From Negaprion brevirostris (lineage: Eukaryota), in NCBI GenBank assembly GCA_030324005.1, contig JARDVH010000097.1:72993772-73057677 (forward strand): a DNA stretch of 63,906 bases. The letters run 5' to 3'. The notes below the pieces were generated by a model. That model saw only the letters and a program-made list of their open reading frames with translations, was not told the origin of the DNA and searched no databases. Shown piece by piece: positions 52,369 to 63,906 of this stretch. The first letter of the stretch is position 1; every line of letters begins with the position of its first letter. The translations under genes were made by a program, and so were the position numbers.

Positions 52369-52740
52369 GGACAGCACGGTGGTACAGTGGTTAGCACTGT
52401 CATCTCACAGTACCAGGGACCCAGGTACAATTTCAGCCTCGGTCACTGTCTATGTAGAGTTTGCACATTCTCCCTGTGTCTGTGTGGGATTCCCTTGGGT
52501 GCTCCGGTTTCCTCCCATAATCCAAAGATGTGAGGGTTAGGTTGAATAAGTTGACTCTAGTGTCAGGGGAATCAGCAGGGTAAGTGTGTGGGGTTACAAG
52601 AATAGGGCCTGGGTGGTTTTGCTGTCTGTACTGACATGATGGGCCAAATGGGCTTCCTTCTGTTCTGTAGTTTAATGCTCCTGCATAAGACCTGGTATTG
52701 GTGTAACCACCTTACTGGTTGTGATTCAATGATTCTATTT
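52369..52740 (+). mobile_element. V-SINE, tail type B (CR1-derived)
   Basis: Head and V-domain as in other copies; tail gatgggccaaatgggcttccttctg...gattctat. Confidence 0.85.
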
Positions 52741-53086
52741 CAGCACTGACAGCATCACATAGTTAATATGAAGTTCACAATCCATTTGTCTGTCATTTCA
52801 GCAGGATAAGAAGGCAGAGCTTAGAGACAAATAAAGACTGGGTTGAAAACCTTTATTTCAATCTTTGTAACATTTCTGTTAAAGAATTGAAGCTTCTTGC
52901 ACCGAACACAGATTTCAGTTTACATATGAAACAAAACCTTGTGCTGCGCAAAGTTCAGTTGAGAAGGACAATCTTGCTATGCTGGGAAAATACTGTATGA
53001 CTCCAACACCTAAAGAAAATTGCTGGTTTTACCAACCTCACCTGTGTAATTATAAATTTCTTGCCTTCCAATTATAAGTTTATATT

Positions 53087-53164
53087 ATAAAGTTTACTTT
53101 TTAGTAGTCTCACAAGTAGGCTTACATGAACACTGCAATGAAGTTACTATGAAAATTCCACTAG
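53087..53164 (-). mobile_element. Isolated SINE tail-A fragment
   Basis: cacaagtaggcttacatgaacactgcaatgaagttactatgaaaattcc. Confidence 0.75.
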
Positions 53165-53789
53165 ACAGTTAAAAATGACACAGGTGGTTACATCAATACC
53201 AGGTCTTACACAGGACTATTAAATTACAAATAAACCATTGATTAGGAAAACACAAAGCATAGATGGGAAATAAGCAAATAAGTTTTTTTCTGCCCTGCAA
53301 TGAGTAGCTCGGAGTTGCATCCAAATGGTTTATAGATGTTTGTGAACTCCTTGACGGTGTCTACCCTGTCTGTTAATGTTATCAGGGATGTGGTTTTCTA
53401 CAAACAAATGTCAGGAAGTTGGATTCTCAAATTATTGAACAGAATCAGTGTAGTTAGAGTGCATAACACTTTTGCTAATTGTTTTCCTCCCCTGAATATT
53501 TTATGTTTATTCATTTGTATAATCGTCTAAACTCAAATTTCAATTACCTCCAATTCTTGGGCCCAATGTACAGCTTCCTACCTAGCTGTGGTATTATGAT
53601 CTTTCACGACCCATGAAATAATGGATGTAGGGAACAAAGAACAGATATCTCAAAGCCATTCCCATAGTGCTCTGATCTACTTTGTTAGAACGGTTTCACT
53701 TGAAAAGTTTCAGCATCACATTTAGTTTGAATTGCTCCTCCTCAGCCTTCATTGGTAAAAGCATCCTGCGATACGTAACAAACAATTTG

Positions 53790-54100
53790 AAGCAAGAAGC
53801 TCCCGGATATAATCCCCAGATTGAGTTAAACTAGTTGATTTTAACTAACATTTAGGTCATTATGTTTTTCCAAATATTCCTGGACAATGGAGGCAAGGGG
53901 TAGGTTGAAGTGTTATTGTAGTACATCAGCTAAAGGTTCTGACTCCTGGCTTCTGTTGCTGGAAAGTGAACAGGTTTAAGCGTTGACTAAGTACAGCATC
54001 AGGCTTGATTGGCATGCCTAGCAACAGCGAACACTAACCCAGGCTCACACAGAAAGAACACCCACTTGACTCATTGGAGCCAGCCCTTGTCATGGGAGGC
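53790..54100 (+). mobile_element. Ancient SINE-like repeat
   Basis: atcagctaaaggttctgactcctg...gctggaaagtg...caggctcacacagaaagaac...ccacttg. Confidence 0.45.
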
Positions 54101-54889
54101 CTGCAGGAATTGGCTTTTCCTTTGAAATTTCCCAGTAGACCAGCAGCTTGCAATGGTACCATTCATTTACAATTTAGCATCTACTGTCCTCACTCAAGAG
54201 TAGGAAGTTAGGGGGACAGATCACAAAGTAAATTATTTCTCATACACGTATGAAATGGAATAACAAATTCATCAGATGGACCTGTTTATAAACAGTACTC
54301 GTATATTATTTTAAATACTAAATATGACAGTGCCTTTGACTTTTATTATAGCTTTTTAGTTGTCTTTAATTTGGTTTTTTGACTTCTTGTGGCTTTTATT
54401 TACAGTGCCTGCACCTCTGCTGAAAAATTAAACAGCCAACTCATTCCAGTTGAAGCAAACTGGGAAAACCTTTGGCAAGTCCATTATTTAAGTAGAAATC
54501 TGTTAACTGAATGGAAGACAAACACCATGGAACAATAAACAGAATTCTGCACTTTTGTTTTAAGGGAGGCCAGGTGATGATGGATACTGAATGAATGCCA
54601 GTGTTTTCACTGCAATCTACTGCAATTAGGGCAAAGCCCTAAGGAAAAGCCAATACCAACGAAATCCACTTTCTCCATAAACGTATGAGAGCTAGCATAA
54701 CACTTACAGTTTGGCAGCAAACGAAAGCCTGAACAAGATTATGAATCCTTCAAGATTTGCTTTATTTGTCAAACTGTCTTGCCATTAACAAGTCCCCTAC
54801 AGCCAACATAAACAGCTTTTTGCCTCAGCTGCTTGAAGTTTCTTGGTCCAAGCTCTGATTTTGGATCAGCATCTCGTAGGAGTAAGTGT

Positions 54890-55160
54890 GATCAAGGAAT
54901 ATGTGGCCAGGTTCAGCAGAGATAACTCCCCTATTCTTCTCTGAAACACTGCATGCATTATTTTAAGTCTACCTGATCAGGAAGATGGGATCTCGGTTTA
55001 ACGCGTCATCTTAAAAGAGGTACCTCAAAGGGCAAAACTGACTCAGCTCTGCACTGGACTGTCAGTCTTGATTTTTATGTTCAAGCCCAGGAGTGGGACT
55101 TGAACCTGGAACCTTGTGACTTAAAGGCCAAAATGTTATCAACTGAGACACAGTTGACAC
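54890..55160 (-). mobile_element. Deu-domain SINE 5' part
   Basis: aactcccctattcttc...ctcggtttaacgcgtcatc...gagtgggacttgaacc (box B)...ctgagacacagttgac. Confidence 0.75.
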
Positions 55161-55619
55161 CACCCTGGCTTTGGTAGAAATATTGTTCTCAGATGGCAAC
55201 AACACTGTTTCCTACTGAAGTCTGACTATAATTTCAACTGTGTACCTCACCTATAATACAACAGTGGCACTGCTGCTCATATCCCCCAGTTGCACCTTGG
55301 CCTCATTTCCAACTCTTACAGTACATTTCCCATTTCCAAGCTCACACTTTGTACCCCCCTCCCTTGCCTCTGCTTCACAATCCAGCTGGCTGCCATCTTC
55401 CAAACTCTATAATTTTCTCACTGAGAAATCCTTCATCAACCTCAGCATCGAGTGACTATTCATTCTTAATGATTTCAATCACCGTGAGAACAAAAGATAG
55501 GAACTGAATAATTCACTGAACCCAATGAGCCTGCTCCATTATTCAATAAGCTCATATTTGAGCTTCTATCTCAATTTCACTTTCCCATCTTAGGCCAGTC
55601 TCCCTCTGGTTCCTTTGTA

Positions 55620-55915
55620 TAGAACATAGGATCATACAATGCAAAAGGAGGCCATTCGGCCCATCATGTCTGCACCAACCACAGTTCCAATCCCCATAAC
55701 CCCCTGTATTTACCGTAGCTAGTCCCCCTGACACGAAGGGGTAATTTAGCATGACCAATCAACCGAACCTGCACATCTCTGGACTGTGGGAGGAAACCGG
55801 AGGAAACCCACACAGACACAGGGAGAACGTGCAAACTCCACACAGACAATGACCCAAGCCAAGAATCAAACCTGGGTCTGTGAGGCACCAGTGCTAACCA
55901 CTGCGCCACCATGCT
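55620..55915 (-). mobile_element. V-SINE, tail type B, nested in a decayed CR1 tail
   Basis: ggaggccattcggcccatc tail; ggactgtgggaggaaaccgg; gtgctaaccactgcgccaccatgct head. Confidence 0.88.
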
Positions 55916-56669
55916 ATCCAAAAAGTATCCAAACATCTATTAAGGGATCTTAAAGCTTGAGCATTTACAGCTGTCTGTGATAGAGAAAAAAAGCCTTTGA
56001 CTGACAAAATTTTGCCTCAACTCAATTCTGAGTGGCTTATCCCTTATCCGGAGAGTATGATACCCAAATCCAGACTCTGCTATTACTTAGAACAGCCTCT
56101 CATCATCTTCTCTGGGGAATCATCAAGCTTTATTGACATCAGCACTGATTCTTCTAAACTCCATCTCAGTTCAATTTTCTTTCTCTACTAGCTTGGTCTT
56201 ATTCACAAACATTATACCTCCTTGTATCTCCCAACACCTACAATTACATAACTCTCTCCAACCCTAATGTTACTTTCTTTCTGACCTTAAGAATATTCTC
56301 CTGTCACAATTCAACTTCAAAACTCCGAACTGCCGAGCATTTAGCTTGTCTTTTCCAAAGTAATTCTGAAACTGTCTATCTGTTGAACCATTTATTCACC
56401 TTTGATGCCCTTATCTCCCAAAAATCTTTAATCTCTCCCGTTTCAGCCATTCCCATTAGTGTAGCCTCCTCAAGATTGAGTAGAGACTTGAGCATGCCTG
56501 ACCAACAACTGCTTCAGAGAGCCATTATGTAGTAAGCATCATCAGCCCTAAGTCTTCCTGGCAACACAACACACTACCCCATTCTGAAAAACAAAAGATA
56601 ACTTTCAGTTTTTTTTTCTCACTGCCATATGTCACATAATCTCTCTATCCAGGACTCTTCAACAATTCT

Positions 56670-56950
56670 ATCAGTGATAGGGTGATGTATAATAGCAAAT
56701 AAAAGAAAGAAAGAGGAGAAGAGACAAATAGCAAGGTGATAGAAAACATATTGGAAGGAGAGTGGAAAAGTGGAAATTGAACAAGCAAACAAATAAAGAT
56801 CAGATGGAAGAGAGAGATAAATGAAGGACATGCACACAGTGGGAGAATTAGATGGAGAGAGAGGGATGGAGAAAACAAAAACATGAAGGAGAGAGTGCAC
56901 AGAGTCAAATCATGAAGGAAAAAGAGGGAAAGAGTAAACACAAGAAAGCA
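56670..56950. repeat. Purine-rich (GA) low-complexity tract
   Basis: aaaagaaagaaagaggagaagag...ggagagagagggatggag. Confidence 0.6.
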
Positions 56951-57204
56951 TAAGTTTGAACTACTGAAAGCAAGGATATGCTTCCTCTCAGACTCACTCT
57001 GGCTGACTGCCCACTGCCACTTTTACCTGTTGATTATTAGCAAATTTTTACCCTTGAGGTCTGCTCTCTCTGACTGTGATTGTGATGGAATACAATTGCG
57101 CAGCTGGTGACGACACAAAGCCTCACTGATGCATTCTTTGAACTGCTCGATATGTTCAGAATTTTTCTCATTTATCACAGTGCTCCCGTCACACACGATG
57201 GAGG

Positions 57205-58475
57205 ATATCTGACCAGTAAAACCAAAGGAGACACAAGGCAGTAAATTACAGGCCAAATAGCTTAACATCTGTCATAAGGAAAATGTTAGAAGCCATTATT
57301 AAAGAAGTTACAGCAGGGCACTTTGATGAGCTCAAGGTAATCATGGAGAGTCAACATGGTTTTGTAAAAGATAAATCACGTTTCACTAATTTATTGAAGT
57401 TTTTTGCGGAAGTAACATTTGCTGTGGATTGGGGGAACCGGTGGATGCATTATACTTTGATTTTCAGAAGACATTTTATAAGTACCACAACAAAGTTTAT
57501 TGCGGAAAAACTATTCATGGTAATTTATTTATTAGTGTCACAATTAGGCTTACATTAACACTGCAATGAAGTTATTGTGAAATAGTATGGATGTAACATA
57601 TTGGCATGGATAGAAGATTGTCTGACAGAAAGCAAGGAGGAGGCATAAATGAATCTTTTTCAGGTTGGCAAGATGTAATAAGTGGTGTGCCACAAGGATC
57701 AGTGCTAGGACCTCAGCAGTTTACAATTCATATAAGTGACTTGGAGAAGGGATTGAAGGTACAGCTGCCAAATTTGCTGCTGACACAAAGATACGGAGGA
57801 AAGTAAGTTGTGATGAGGATGAGTGAGTGAACAAAGATCTGGTGGTAAATGGAGTATAATGTGGGAAAATGTGAAATTGTCTATTTTGGCTGCATGAATA
57901 AAAGTGAAGCATGTTACTTAAATGGTGAGAGATTGCAGAACTATGCGGTGTAAAAAGATATCTGGGTGTTCTAGGTCATGAATTGCAAAGGGTTAGTAAG
58001 CAGGTACAGCAAGTAATTGGGAAAATTAATGGAATGTTATAATTTGTTAAGGAGGGCAATTGAATATAAAAGGAGAGAAGTTATGCTTCAGTAACATACG
58101 GTAATAATGAGAGCACATCTGGAGTACTGTGTACAGTACTGGTCACTTTATTTAAGGAAGGATGTAAATGTGTTGGAAGAAATTCACAGAAGGCTCACCA
58201 GAATAATACCTGAAATGGCTTAGTTATCTTATGAGGAAACGTTGAATAGGTTAGCCTATATCCATTGCAGTTTAGAACTGTAACAGATGACATGATTGGA
58301 ATATACAAATCCTGAGAGGACTTGACAGACTGGCTGTAGATGTTTCCTCTTATTGGGGAATCTAAGTTATCGGGGTTAGGTGGGATGCAGATTTGAGGTT
58401 GCTATCAGATCAGTCATGATCTTATTAAATGGCGCTGAAGGGTTTACTCCTGTTCATTGTTCACATGTTCGTAAC
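57205..58475 (+). mobile_element. Degraded CR1 ORF2 RT and 3' UTR, with SINE tail-A insert at about 57524-57582
   Basis: MLEAIIKE..SQHGFVKDKSRFTNLLKFF; WQDVISGVPQGSVLGPQQF; tttgctgctgacacaaag. Confidence 0.88.
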
Positions 58476-58774
58476 AATTGCTTTAGATATCTATTATTAA
58501 ATCTGGTTGGACCTCAACAAGCACTATTTTAGTCCTCAGTCTCTCTACGAACACAATTTAATACTCCACAGCCATTCTGAAAAACAAAGATACCTCCAGC
58601 ATTTTATCTCATTCCTTTTGCTACGTATCACCATAGCCCTCTGCTATTTTATCTCCAAAAACACAGCTGAGGAACTCATGAAATTCTGTCGCTAAAACTG
58701 AAATCATTTGTTAAATCTGCCTCTGTTGCTTGACCTTCTTTGTTCATCAATCCAAATCTCTTTAAATTCTTTCT

Positions 58775-59235
58775 TGGAATGTGAATGTCACCATCAAGAC
58801 CAACACTTTTTGCCTGTCCCTAATTGCTCTTAAGGTAGTGGTGAGTCACCCTCTTGAAACATTGCAGTCCATCTGGCCTAAGTGTTGTTGTGAGAAAGGG
58901 TGTTCCAGGTTTTTGACCCAGCAACAGTGAAGGGAGAACAATATGGTCCCAAGTCAAGATGGCTCCTTCAACAGCACTTCCAAAACCTGCAACTACCACC
59001 TCGAAAACAAGGGCAGCAGGCACACGGACATCATCACACTTGCAAGTTCTTCAAGACACATAGCATCCAGACTTGGACTATACTGTTATGTTTTTCACTG
59101 TCCCTAGGTCAAAGTCCTGAAACTCCCACCTGAACAGATGTACCTACATAATATGGACTGCAGTTTCAAGGGCAATGAGGGATAGGCAATACATTCCAGC
59201 CTTTCTAGTAACATCAACATCCCATGAAAAAATTT
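58775..59235. mobile_element. Two inverted 3' ends of the same LINE family as 26270-28205
   Basis: 58775-58960 parallels 26290-26480; 58962-59230 is the opposite orientation, ending gggcaatgagggataggcaat...catcccatg. Confidence 0.7.
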
Positions 59236-60839
59236 AAAACTCAAAAACANNNNNNNNNNGTATTTGTTTCCCCAAAATTACCTATTTATTCACCTCAACT
59301 ACTCCTTGTGATGGTGAGTTTCTGCATTCTAACTATTCTCCGGGTAAAGAAAATTCCTCCAGAATTGTCTATTAGATTTATTAGCCTTATTCATCTTGTA
59401 TTCATGGCCACTTTCTTTGTACTCCCACAACAGGGAGTAAAAAAGGGAATAATTATGAAATCTGTCTACAGTAATCCAACAATTACAAGTCTACCACTCT
59501 GCATTTTACTTACCTTTCCTTAGTTCGTGTTGTATCTGCTTTGGTATGGCCAGTCCTGCATCTAACACCCCCAATAGTGGGCATCATAGATGGCTTTCAC
59601 TTTATTAATTTCAACTGGCCAAGACAGGGATTTTGAAATGCTGCAGGGATCAACTGATGAACCTCTTGATCAGGACCACTGTTACAGTAACGGAAAGTGT
59701 CAAAATCTGTAATTACATGAATTTCTAGTGATGACATTTCAACAAGCTGCGATAACTTTAAATCTGTTGTCTAATCAAAAATAGTTAAAAAGGATTCAAG
59801 TTAACCATATCAGATCAGAGAAAAGCCAACTGCAAAAGTAAGGTAAATAAAACCAAAGCACTTCAAAAAAAACTGAAGGACTGAGAGCTTCCTTCTCAAG
59901 GTCAAAGACAATGACATTACCTGGGTAATTTCATGGATTACCGAAACACAAAGGGTTATAAAAGTTGTCTACAGCCACATCAGAATACTGTTGGAAGCTG
60001 TGGCTTGAACTAAGAATATAGATTATAGTTTGGATTTTGGGGTCAGCAATGAAGCAACAGTGCTCACTCCTGATGTTGAAAGAAGCAGCCTACAAAAGAC
60101 CTAGCAATTTCTGTGGCATTGATTCCCTGATGATAATTTGGCACCAAGTCAAGATGATCTCTTGGTATGCAGCAACGGTGATTCAGCAAGCAGGTAAGCA
60201 GCCAAATTATTGACACACAGCAAGCCAGGAAGTTAAAAGCACTAATTACCTTCACTCCAAGAAGTTCAGCTAGCAAAATAATGATAAACAAACTAAAAAC
60301 ATGTGGAATTTTGATNNNNNNNNNNATCATCATGGAGAAATTAGGCATTCCACAAAATTAGTTTTAAGGCCAAGGAGAAAGTAGTTGTGAAGATGATTCC
60401 CTTTAAAAATCCAGTTACTTCTCATTCAACAAGTATAACGTTATCAGGGTTTTTTTTACAGCAAGATTGGAGATCCCTGTCAATTCATAGATTTTCCTAA
60501 TGATTGCATTCTGAGAGTGCTGCAACTACCTGGAAAAGGCTAGATTCACTGAAAGCAATTTCTGGATTTCTGCATTATTGTGTGTTTTGTGCAAACTCTA
60601 GAAGTTGCTGTAAGTTTTGGTGGCATAATGATGGTGACTACTGACAGTTTACCATCATTATTACCACAAATTCCAGGCTTGTGACTTGATTTCAAATGCA
60701 TTAAAACAGAGCTGGCTGAGGACTTGTACCTGTAAAAGTAAACAAATAACGATAGCAGCCAGGTAATGTAAATATGTAAGCTTCCCTGCCTTGAAAGGGG
60801 TAAGGGGAAATCACCGAAAGAAGGGGGAGCCATTAACAT

Positions 60840-61760
60840 GTTAGGTAGCTTGGGAGCAGGTAAGGGATGTTTGGTGATCAGGAGTTCAGTAGAAATGGGT
60901 AGAATGGGTCGGGGAATGGGGAGACAGCAGTAGGAGCAAAATAGATAGTACTAATCTTAGTGCAAAGAAGTTCACTTGCTTTTCATACTTATTGTGAGAG
61001 ATGAGAGTGGAGGGGGCATGGAAAAGAGATTGGAGAAGGGATTGGTTGATACTGGAGCAAAAAAACTTTTTTATCTTTGCTCTCCCAGATGGTCCCAGCG
61101 TAATGATGATTTTGGCAGGGGACCTAATAGTTCTTTACGTAGTCTCAGCAGATTATATGATGGATAGCTAAAGCAGCTGTATGCCAGATATACGGCACAC
61201 CTCATGGTTTTGAAACAAAGGTTGCCATACCAGAAGTGATAAATGGGATGGAAGGGATAAAAGATTTTGCTTGAACAAAAGTACCAAAAGTTGAGGTATA
61301 GGAGTTGCTCAGTGGATGAACAGCTGCATAAATATTGTACTGAATAGAAGGTCAAAGACTAAGCAATTGCAACTGATTCGTCAAAAGCTTTGCGGCAGTG
61401 AATGAAATGAAATGGGGAATGGATGCAGGTAGAGAGGGATGTAGCTAGTAAGGGTACTGGGAAGTGGTCAGAAGTGGCTTTACCTGTGATAGATACAAAA
61501 GGAGTAGAGTCCATGTGCAATCACAAAATTAAGGGGTGTCTGTGCACATGAATAAGAATGTTATTCGGAGAGAGGTTGTTAGGGAGAGAAGAATATCAAT
61601 GAAACCAGAGAACAGAGGGCAAGCTGAACTATGGTGGAGACTTACATCACTGACGATGAGGAGCAGCTCAGTGCATTGGCTTAGAAAATAAATAAAGACA
61701 GCCATCTCCCAGAGAATAGAAACAGGTAAAGGATTAAAATACAAAACAGGTGCGTAGAAC
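60840..61760 (-). mobile_element. Old L2-like LINE remnant
   Basis: gtgatcaggagt, gaaaagagattggagaag, atgccagatatacg...catggtttt, gatagccatctcc-type purine-rich pattern. Confidence 0.5.
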
Positions 61761-63129
61761 ATTTACTCAGTAGTTGAAAGAATTTAAAACGCAATAGTAC
61801 ACTGTCATGAATGCATGGAAAGTCAATACAACAATTCACATTATTAGCATTTAAGGCTACTTTCATGCATCAATTTTAATCTTTTCTCTCAAAGTAGGTG
61901 TAATACTTGTTCTGTTAATTAGAAACTAGGTGTTCCAGCTGTTCAAGGGCCACAACACTTGTTTCTTACAAAAAACCTTTTTAATTGGTAATTAGGCACC
62001 ACTCCGGAAAGGTAGTGAAATTCAAGCCAGCAGCCTCAATGTGCACTATCCTCGTAGAAACCTGTTCTCAAGCATGCTCAAATAAAGCTGACAAAAGATG
62101 AATGTGGTGGACTTGCATGTCAGAATCAATCCACGCTAAGATAATGGAAAATTGTTAGTCAAACAGTATGTCTGCACACCTCCCTCCCCCAGTAGTAGGA
62201 GGACTCATTAAAGGTCAGCTGTAGAAACAGTTAGTCTCTGGGCAACAGGTGCAGTACCCATAATTCAAACTCTATTCACCTAATAAACTAATACAGGCTT
62301 TTAAGAGGCCAAGTCAGTCTTGTCACACAGCTTGAAATGTGAACAAAATACTAGATATATTACAGAAAAACCTAACACCAGATATATTTACCACTGTGTG
62401 ATTGCAAACGAAATAAATAACACAAACTAAATAACTGCTCCAAGAAGTCAAACACATTGCATCAATTTGTCAATGTGCTAGAAACACTAACCCCAATTGC
62501 GTGTAATTTCTGTAATATTAGAAGTGGAAGGAAATCATCACGAAGTATGTATTATTTCAGTCACAATGCTTGAACACAATAGGCTTCCATGCTGCTGTGC
62601 AATCTTCAACTAACATTATGAAGGGCTATCCTATTTCTGAAGTGGGCAGGTAAAACAAAGGATTACTCTGGCAAAAAAAATGTCTATTGGAAGTTAAGTA
62701 AATGGTCACACTACACGGTACAGATTTCCTTAGCATGGAGAGTGATAATCTATTCTTATATAACAAACATTACCAAATGTAGATTAATCTGTGATTTATC
62801 TCTTTGCGATTTGTGGGACCTTACAGTGTGCGTCTTGTCAGGCCTCTCATCTAACAGTGACTGAACTTCAGAAGAAATATTAGCTAATAAACAGTTTGGA
62901 GGAACCCAAGAATGTGAAAATCATTACATACATGCCAAGACTTTTCCCCTTCCTTACTCATGAGCCAATACTCTTAATACCCTTCTTGATCGATCTTAAA
63001 GCAGAATGCAGAATTCAGAACAACTGTATGGAAGTTATCATGTGGGAAAATTATAGAACAGCTGTCAATCTTGGATGATAATTTAAGTCTCTTCCAATTA
63101 TCACAACGCATTTAGAATTTGTACATTAG

Positions 63130-63906
63130 GCACTACAAGAACTCAAGTTTTGGTGAACATGCAAAGGGAGAATTTTGGCACTGGATGAATTGAGGTATAG
63201 ACAAAACAAGGTGAAGGTTCAGAAGTAGAAGTAATAAAATCCTAATTTAAACAAAAAGGGTAGAACTCTACGGGGTGCAGAAGCAGAGATACTTGAATGT
63301 ATGTGTGCATAATTCATTAAAGGTGGCAGGGCAGTTTAAGAGACTGGGTTAATAAAGTATACTATAGGACTTTAAGAGCAAGTAAACAAACATGTACAAG
63401 ACTGGTGAATCTGTAGAACTCTTTGCCACAGAAGCTGTGGAGGCCAGGTCATTGAGTGTCTTTAAGACCAAGATACATAGGTTCTTGATTACTAAGGGGA
63501 TCAGGGGAAAAGACAAGAGAACGGGGATGAGGTTTGGCCTCAGCTGGGATATTGCGTTCATTTCTGCACACCACACTTTAGGAAGGGTGTAAAGGCATTG
63601 GAGAGAGTTCTGAAAAGATTCAGAAGTTCCAGAGATGTTAAACTTCAGTTACATAGATTGAAGAAATTGAGACTGTTTTCCTGGGAGGAGAGAAGGTTGA
63701 GAGGAGATCTGGAATTTTGATAGAGGTTCAAATCTTGAGGAGTAGATAGGGAGAAATTGTTCCAACCCATGAAAGGATAGAGGATCACAGGGCATAGCCC
63801 TCTGTGACATGGCTTTTAATTTGGCAAAAGAAATAAAGTGATAGGAGATTTTTTTCTTTCACGCTACAAGTGGTTAATGTCTGGAATGCACCCTGAAACT
63901 ATGGTG
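63130..63906 (+). mobile_element. Degraded CR1 3' portion, truncated by window end
   Basis: ggcctcagctgggatattg...ttctgcacaccacactttaggaag...gaaggttgagaggagatct...ctggaatgcac. Confidence 0.8.

Larger units (their letters stand above)
10219..63906 (-). other. Very large upstream intron of the ATP8A2-like gene (extends past window end)
   Basis: The expected preceding exon (GYSCRLVSQ...SLD-like) was not found by eye; the interval is repeats and AT-rich unique DNA. Confidence 0.75.

Noticed and set aside
60665-60729. 65-nt AG...GT segment on minus with a good acceptor, the length I expect for the preceding ATP8A2 exon
   Set aside because: Has a TAA stop in the required phase, no GYSCRL similarity and a weak donor.
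1-63906. CRISPR array, operon or other prokaryote-type system
   Set aside because: No regular repeat-spacer array and no intact long ORFs; the window is eukaryotic intron.

Overview
Vertebrate nuclear DNA, almost certainly shark/elasmobranch judging from the repeats (HE1/V-SINE-type and Deu-domain SINEs, CR1 LINEs, Penelope-type ends). It comes from a gapped draft assembly. The only host coding sequence I can support is one 173-nt internal exon (10046-10218, minus strand) of a P4-ATPase phospholipid flippase, best read as ATP8A2. The rest is intron of that gene (>=10 kb downstream, >=53 kb upstream), filled with decayed and often nested transposable elements: CR1 and L2/CR1-like LINE pieces, SINEs, two Gypsy-type gag remnants, Penelope-like ends, and a GC-rich hairpin-containing non-autonomous DNA-transposon-like family. 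I see no convincing new protein-coding system. The most interesting signals are structural: a TSD-flanked inverted Penelope-like element that probably hides hammerhead ribozymes in a gap, a repeated palindromic element with paired TGCGCATG motifs, several local inversions or templated copies, and SINE tail swapping. Repeat family names come from recalled consensus features, not database searches, and repeat boundaries are approximate.
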